Assembly: GCA_016195685.1 (NCBI GenBank)
Contig: JACPZE010000010.1
Span: 16,751-80,750 of the forward strand
Direction of reading: 5' to 3'
DNA from: Candidatus Gottesmanbacteria bacterium
GTDB taxonomy: Bacteria; Patescibacteriota; Microgenomatia; 2-02-FULL-39-11
DNA: 64,000 nt
Part shown: positions 60,881-64,000 of the stretch, piece after piece
Layout of the letters: each line of letters opens with the position of its first letter
Numbering within the stretch: position 1 is the first letter of the stretch
The notes under the pieces: generated by a model
Databases searched by the model: none
Seen by the model: the letters and a program-made list of their open reading frames with translations, nothing else
Told to the model about the DNA's origin: nothing
Made by a program: the position numbers and the translations under genes

Positions 60881-61792
60881 ATGGCGAAAGATTTTTACGA
60901 AGTTTTAGGTATTTCTAAAAATGCTTCTGATGCAGAAATTAAAAAATCCTATCGGAAGATGGCCTTGCAGTGGCATCCGGACAGAAATAAATCTGCTGAT
61001 GCAACAGAAAAATTTAAAGAGATAAATAAAGCTTACGAAGTATTATCTGATTCTAAAAAGAAAGAAGTTTACGATCAGTATGGGGAAAGCGCATTTAAAC
61101 CCGGTGGAGGTTATGCTGGACAAGGGCCATTTGGTGGAGGACAGCAGACAGGACAATATGGTCCTTTTACTTACACTTATACTACTAACGGAGGCGGAGG
61201 AGGCTCACCATTTGAAGGAGTAGATTTTGGCGGATTTTCTGATCCTTTTGAAATATTTGAACAATTTTTCGGAGGAGGTAGTTCTCCATTTGGCAGAAGA
61301 AGTGGAGGAAAGCAGAGGCAGATTTACAGGCTGACCATAGATTTCATGGAGGCGGTAAAAGGCGTAGAAAAGACTGTTGAAGTGGAAGGCAAGAAACAGA
61401 AGATAAAAATACCGGCTGGGGTGGATAACAGCATGAGAGTAAGGTTTGGTGATTTTGATATCGTGATCGATGTCCAGCAGGATTCTAGATTTAAACGTGA
61501 AGATTATGATTTAATTTCCGATGTTGAAATAAGTTTTTCTCAAGCAGTATTGGGAGATGTAGTTGCAGTGCCAACCATAGATGGACCTTTAAATCTTAAA
61601 ATCCAACCCGGTACTCAGCCTGGGTCATTTGTAAGACTTCGAGGTAAAGGGGTACCGCATGTTCATTCAAGTGCCAGAGGTGATCAATATATACGGGTGA
61701 AAATAGCGATACCTTCAAAATTAACTCATCGGCAAAAAGAATTATTAACAGAATTTGAAGAAGAAAATAAAAAGAAAAAGGGTTGGTTTTAA
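60881..61792 (+). CDS. dnaJ: DnaJ class II co-chaperone (no zinc finger)
   Basis: J domain HPD, G/F region, C-terminal domain; no CxxCxGxG repeats. Confidence 0.9.
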   Translation: MAKDFYEVLGISKNASDAEIKKSYRKMALQWHPDRNKSADATEKFKEINKAYEVLSDSKKKEVYDQYGESAFKPGGGYAGQGPFGGGQQTGQYGPFTYTYTTNGGGGGSPFEGVDFGGFSDPFEIFEQFFGGGSSPFGRRSGGKQRQIYRLTIDFMEAVKGVEKTVEVEGKKQKIKIPAGVDNSMRVRFGDFDIVIDVQQDSRFKREDYDLISDVEISFSQAVLGDVVAVPTIDGPLNLKIQPGTQPGSFVRLRGKGVPHVHSSARGDQYIRVKIAIPSKLTHRQKELLTEFEEENKKKKGWF

Positions 61793-61795
61793 TAG

Positions 61796-62389
61796 ATGAA
61801 GAAAGTTTTTGAGCATTTCAGGAAAAATGACCCCTTACTTTTTTCGTATGTCAAAGATATTAAAAGCTTAAAAGCGCTTTCCAAATCAAATAATTTTTTC
61901 TCCGATCTATGTGAAGCCATTATTAACCAACAACTTTCCGATAAAGCAGCCAGAACAATTTTTAACCGATTCAAAACTCTTTTTCCCAAAGAAATTATTA
62001 CTGCAAAAAAACTATTAAAAATTACAGATAAAAAAATTCGGGAAGTGGGTACATCATGGAAAAAAGTGGATTTCATGAAAAATTTAGCAGGTAAAGTTGT
62101 AAAAAAAGAAATTGAATTGGGGAAATTGGAGAATTTGAAAGATCAGGAGGTCATCATCGAGTTGACCAAATTACATGGGATTGGAAAATGGACAGCAGAA
62201 ATGTTTCTGATGTTTTCACTAGGACGTGAGGATGTATTTTCAGCAGGTGACTTGGGACTTCGTCGTGCAATGCAAAAATTGTATAAAATGAAAAAAGAAC
62301 CAACCTTAAAACAGATAGAAAAGATAAGTAACAAATGGTCTCCTTATCGTACTTACGCAGCTCTTATTTTATGGAGAAGTGTGGATTGA
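61796..62389 (+). CDS. DNA-3-methyladenine glycosylase II (AlkA family)
   Basis: II.QQLS.KAA, GIGKWTAEM.L.F.L.R.D, DLG, W.PYR. Confidence 0.92.
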   Translation: MKKVFEHFRKNDPLLFSYVKDIKSLKALSKSNNFFSDLCEAIINQQLSDKAARTIFNRFKTLFPKEIITAKKLLKITDKKIREVGTSWKKVDFMKNLAGKVVKKEIELGKLENLKDQEVIIELTKLHGIGKWTAEMFLMFSLGREDVFSAGDLGLRRAMQKLYKMKKEPTLKQIEKISNKWSPYRTYAALILWRSVD

Positions 62390-62399
62390 AAGTAAGGAA

Positions 62400-63134
62400 T
62401 TAGCCAAAATCCAGCTCCAGATTTTGGATAATTTCCTTTTTCACCTTAGGAGTTTTTTTGTCGAGGATTTTATCATCCAATTCTAACTTTATCTTCTCAT
62501 ACCAATTACAAAATGGACATTCTGAAGAGGGGTTTGGCATTTTGGTTTCCAAAACATTAATCGCATTGGCAATTCTTTTTGATGTTGCTTCCGGGTCTCC
62601 AGTGAGTTTAGTTACATGAATAACCATGGGGAATCCGTTATGGAGATTTGGACTTTGGTCAGGGTAGACATAGACTAAATATCCAAACCCAGCAACTTTC
62701 ATCTTGTTCTGAGCGATAATAAAAATGTAACTGTTTATCTGCGATTGGTAAGCAGATAGAGTGTCTTTTTCTCTGGGATCGGAACTTGAAGTTTTAAAAT
62801 CAACAGGGATATATTCACTATTATCATTTATTAGACATTCGTCAAGTTTACCAAAAAATCCGTATTGGTCATCTATTCTGACGAAGTATTTTTCCTGGAA
62901 GGGATTTTGCAATTTCCCGTCTAGTTTTCCAGTGACCATAGGAGGAAGTTCTCCAGTTATTCTGAAAGAATCAAAATAATTTTTCAGAATTACGTCAAAG
63001 CGATTAGCAAGGCGAGAAACTATTCCTTCGGGTTGCCGTATACCTTTATTATATTGTAACCAGAAACATCTTGGACAACGTTCTAGAGTTTCCAATCCAG
63101 TATGTGATAACCAGACTCTTCCGTCTTTGCTCAT
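62400..63134 (-). CDS. PD-(D/E)xK nuclease (Cas4/AddB-like, stand-alone)
   Basis: LS......CPRCF, GKLD, VDFKT, Q...Y, CPFC. Confidence 0.8.
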   Translation of the reverse strand: MSKDGRVWLSHTGLETLERCPRCFWLQYNKGIRQPEGIVSRLANRFDVILKNYFDSFRITGELPPMVTGKLDGKLQNPFQEKYFVRIDDQYGFFGKLDECLINDNSEYIPVDFKTSSSDPREKDTLSAYQSQINSYIFIIAQNKMKVAGFGYLVYVYPDQSPNLHNGFPMVIHVTKLTGDPEATSKRIANAINVLETKMPNPSSECPFCNWYEKIKLELDDKILDKKTPKVKKEIIQNLELDFG

Positions 63135-64000
63135 TTATTAAGGTACTTGGAAATATTTATATTGTGACCTTCAGCATCTTTTGCAAAATGAATTTTCCCG
63201 GTTTTATCGGAAACATAATACAGAAAATCAGTATCTGGTACATCTTTTACTGCGTTTAGGGCTGCAAGGCCCGGGTTGGAAATAGGTGATGGAGGCAAAC
63301 CTGCATTTTTGTATGTATTAAAAGGTGAATTGATGTCTAGATCATCCAAGGTCAAATCTTTTTTCCACCATGATTTTTCACCTGCTTGATAGCCCAACAC
63401 ATATTGTACAGTAGCATCTATATCTAATTTCATTCCGAGTTTGAGTCGATTCAGAATTACACTAGCTACAACAGGTCTGTCTTCGACGAAACTCGCTTCT
63501 CTTTCCACTATAGATGCAATAATGACGAGATCTTTTAGAGAAAGATTGTGATTGGTGAAACTGTTATCATTTAATCGTGCAGTTTTACTTTTGAAATTCG
63601 CTATCATCATATTTACTACGGCAGAAGCTGTGGCATCTTTGGGTATAAGGTATGTATCCGGAAACATATATCCTTCTTTTGCAACCATCAAAAACTCTTT
63701 TTCTGGAATTGCCAGTTGTTGTGCAAGTTTTAGGGCAATTTCTTCATTCCGCCAACCCTCAGGTATGGTAATACGGACATCGATTGTACCGTGGGTAAGA
63801 TCTGAGGCAATTGTATGCATATCCATTGAGGGAGATAGTATAAATTGTCCGGCTTGAATATTATTTCCGAGCCCCCCAAAACGGGCAAGAATAAAAAATG
63901 CAACTGATGATCTTATAAGACCGGCCTTTTTTAATCTTTCGGCAATACTTCTTGCACTTTCACCTTTCATTATGGAGAAAGTAATAGGTATTTTATTCGT
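63131..64000 (-). CDS. mltG: Endolytic transglycosylase MltG (5' end outside window)
   Basis: IPEG, EGY.FPDTY, ASIVERE, NRL...M.L..DAT, SPFNTY...GLPP.PI.NPG. Confidence 0.93.
   Translation of the reverse strand, partial: TNKIPITFSIMKGESARSIAERLKKAGLIRSSVAFFILARFGGLGNNIQAGQFILSPSMDMHTIASDLTHGTIDVRITIPEGWRNEEIALKLAQQLAIPEKEFLMVAKEGYMFPDTYLIPKDATASAVVNMMIANFKSKTARLNDNSFTNHNLSLKDLVIIASIVEREASFVEDRPVVASVILNRLKLGMKLDIDATVQYVLGYQAGEKSWWKKDLTLDDLDINSPFNTYKNAGLPPSPISNPGLAALNAVKDVPDTDFLYYVSDKTGKIHFAKDAEGHNINISKYLNK

Noticed and set aside
62400-63134. Cas4 as evidence of a CRISPR-Cas locus
   Set aside because: No array or other cas genes; stand-alone PD-(D/E)xK nucleases are common

Overview
AT-rich, gene-dense bacterial chromosome segment using the standard code (TGA = stop). 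Gene content points to a Patescibacteria/CPR organism, probably Microgenomates; this is inference from short ValS/MetG/HrcA, PEGA-SH3, VanW, PilN/O and PT-rich surface proteins. Most of it is housekeeping: chaperones with CIRCE boxes, aminoacyl-tRNA synthetases, helicases and envelope genes. No CRISPR, rRNA, prophage or transposase was seen. Two amino-acid-sensing attenuators stand out. (1) An unannotated 15-aa Met-rich leader peptide (MISQTSVMMDMMNAS, 38172-38125, minus strand) sits in a complete 1:2 / 2:3 / 3:4 attenuator ahead of a SAM hydrolase (DUF62)-VOC-metG-tatD operon, a candidate ribosome-mediated methionine attenuator. (2) A His-specific T-box riboswitch with an apparently minimal Stem I has a terminator abutting a tRNA-His gene, followed by a his operon that lacks hisA. 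Also present are ~15-21 bp palindromic inserts and 7/8-nt tandem repeats inside conserved genes (valS, tsaD, helicase), many apparently leaderless genes, and a structured GC-rich intergenic element. All calls are by eye; no searches were run.
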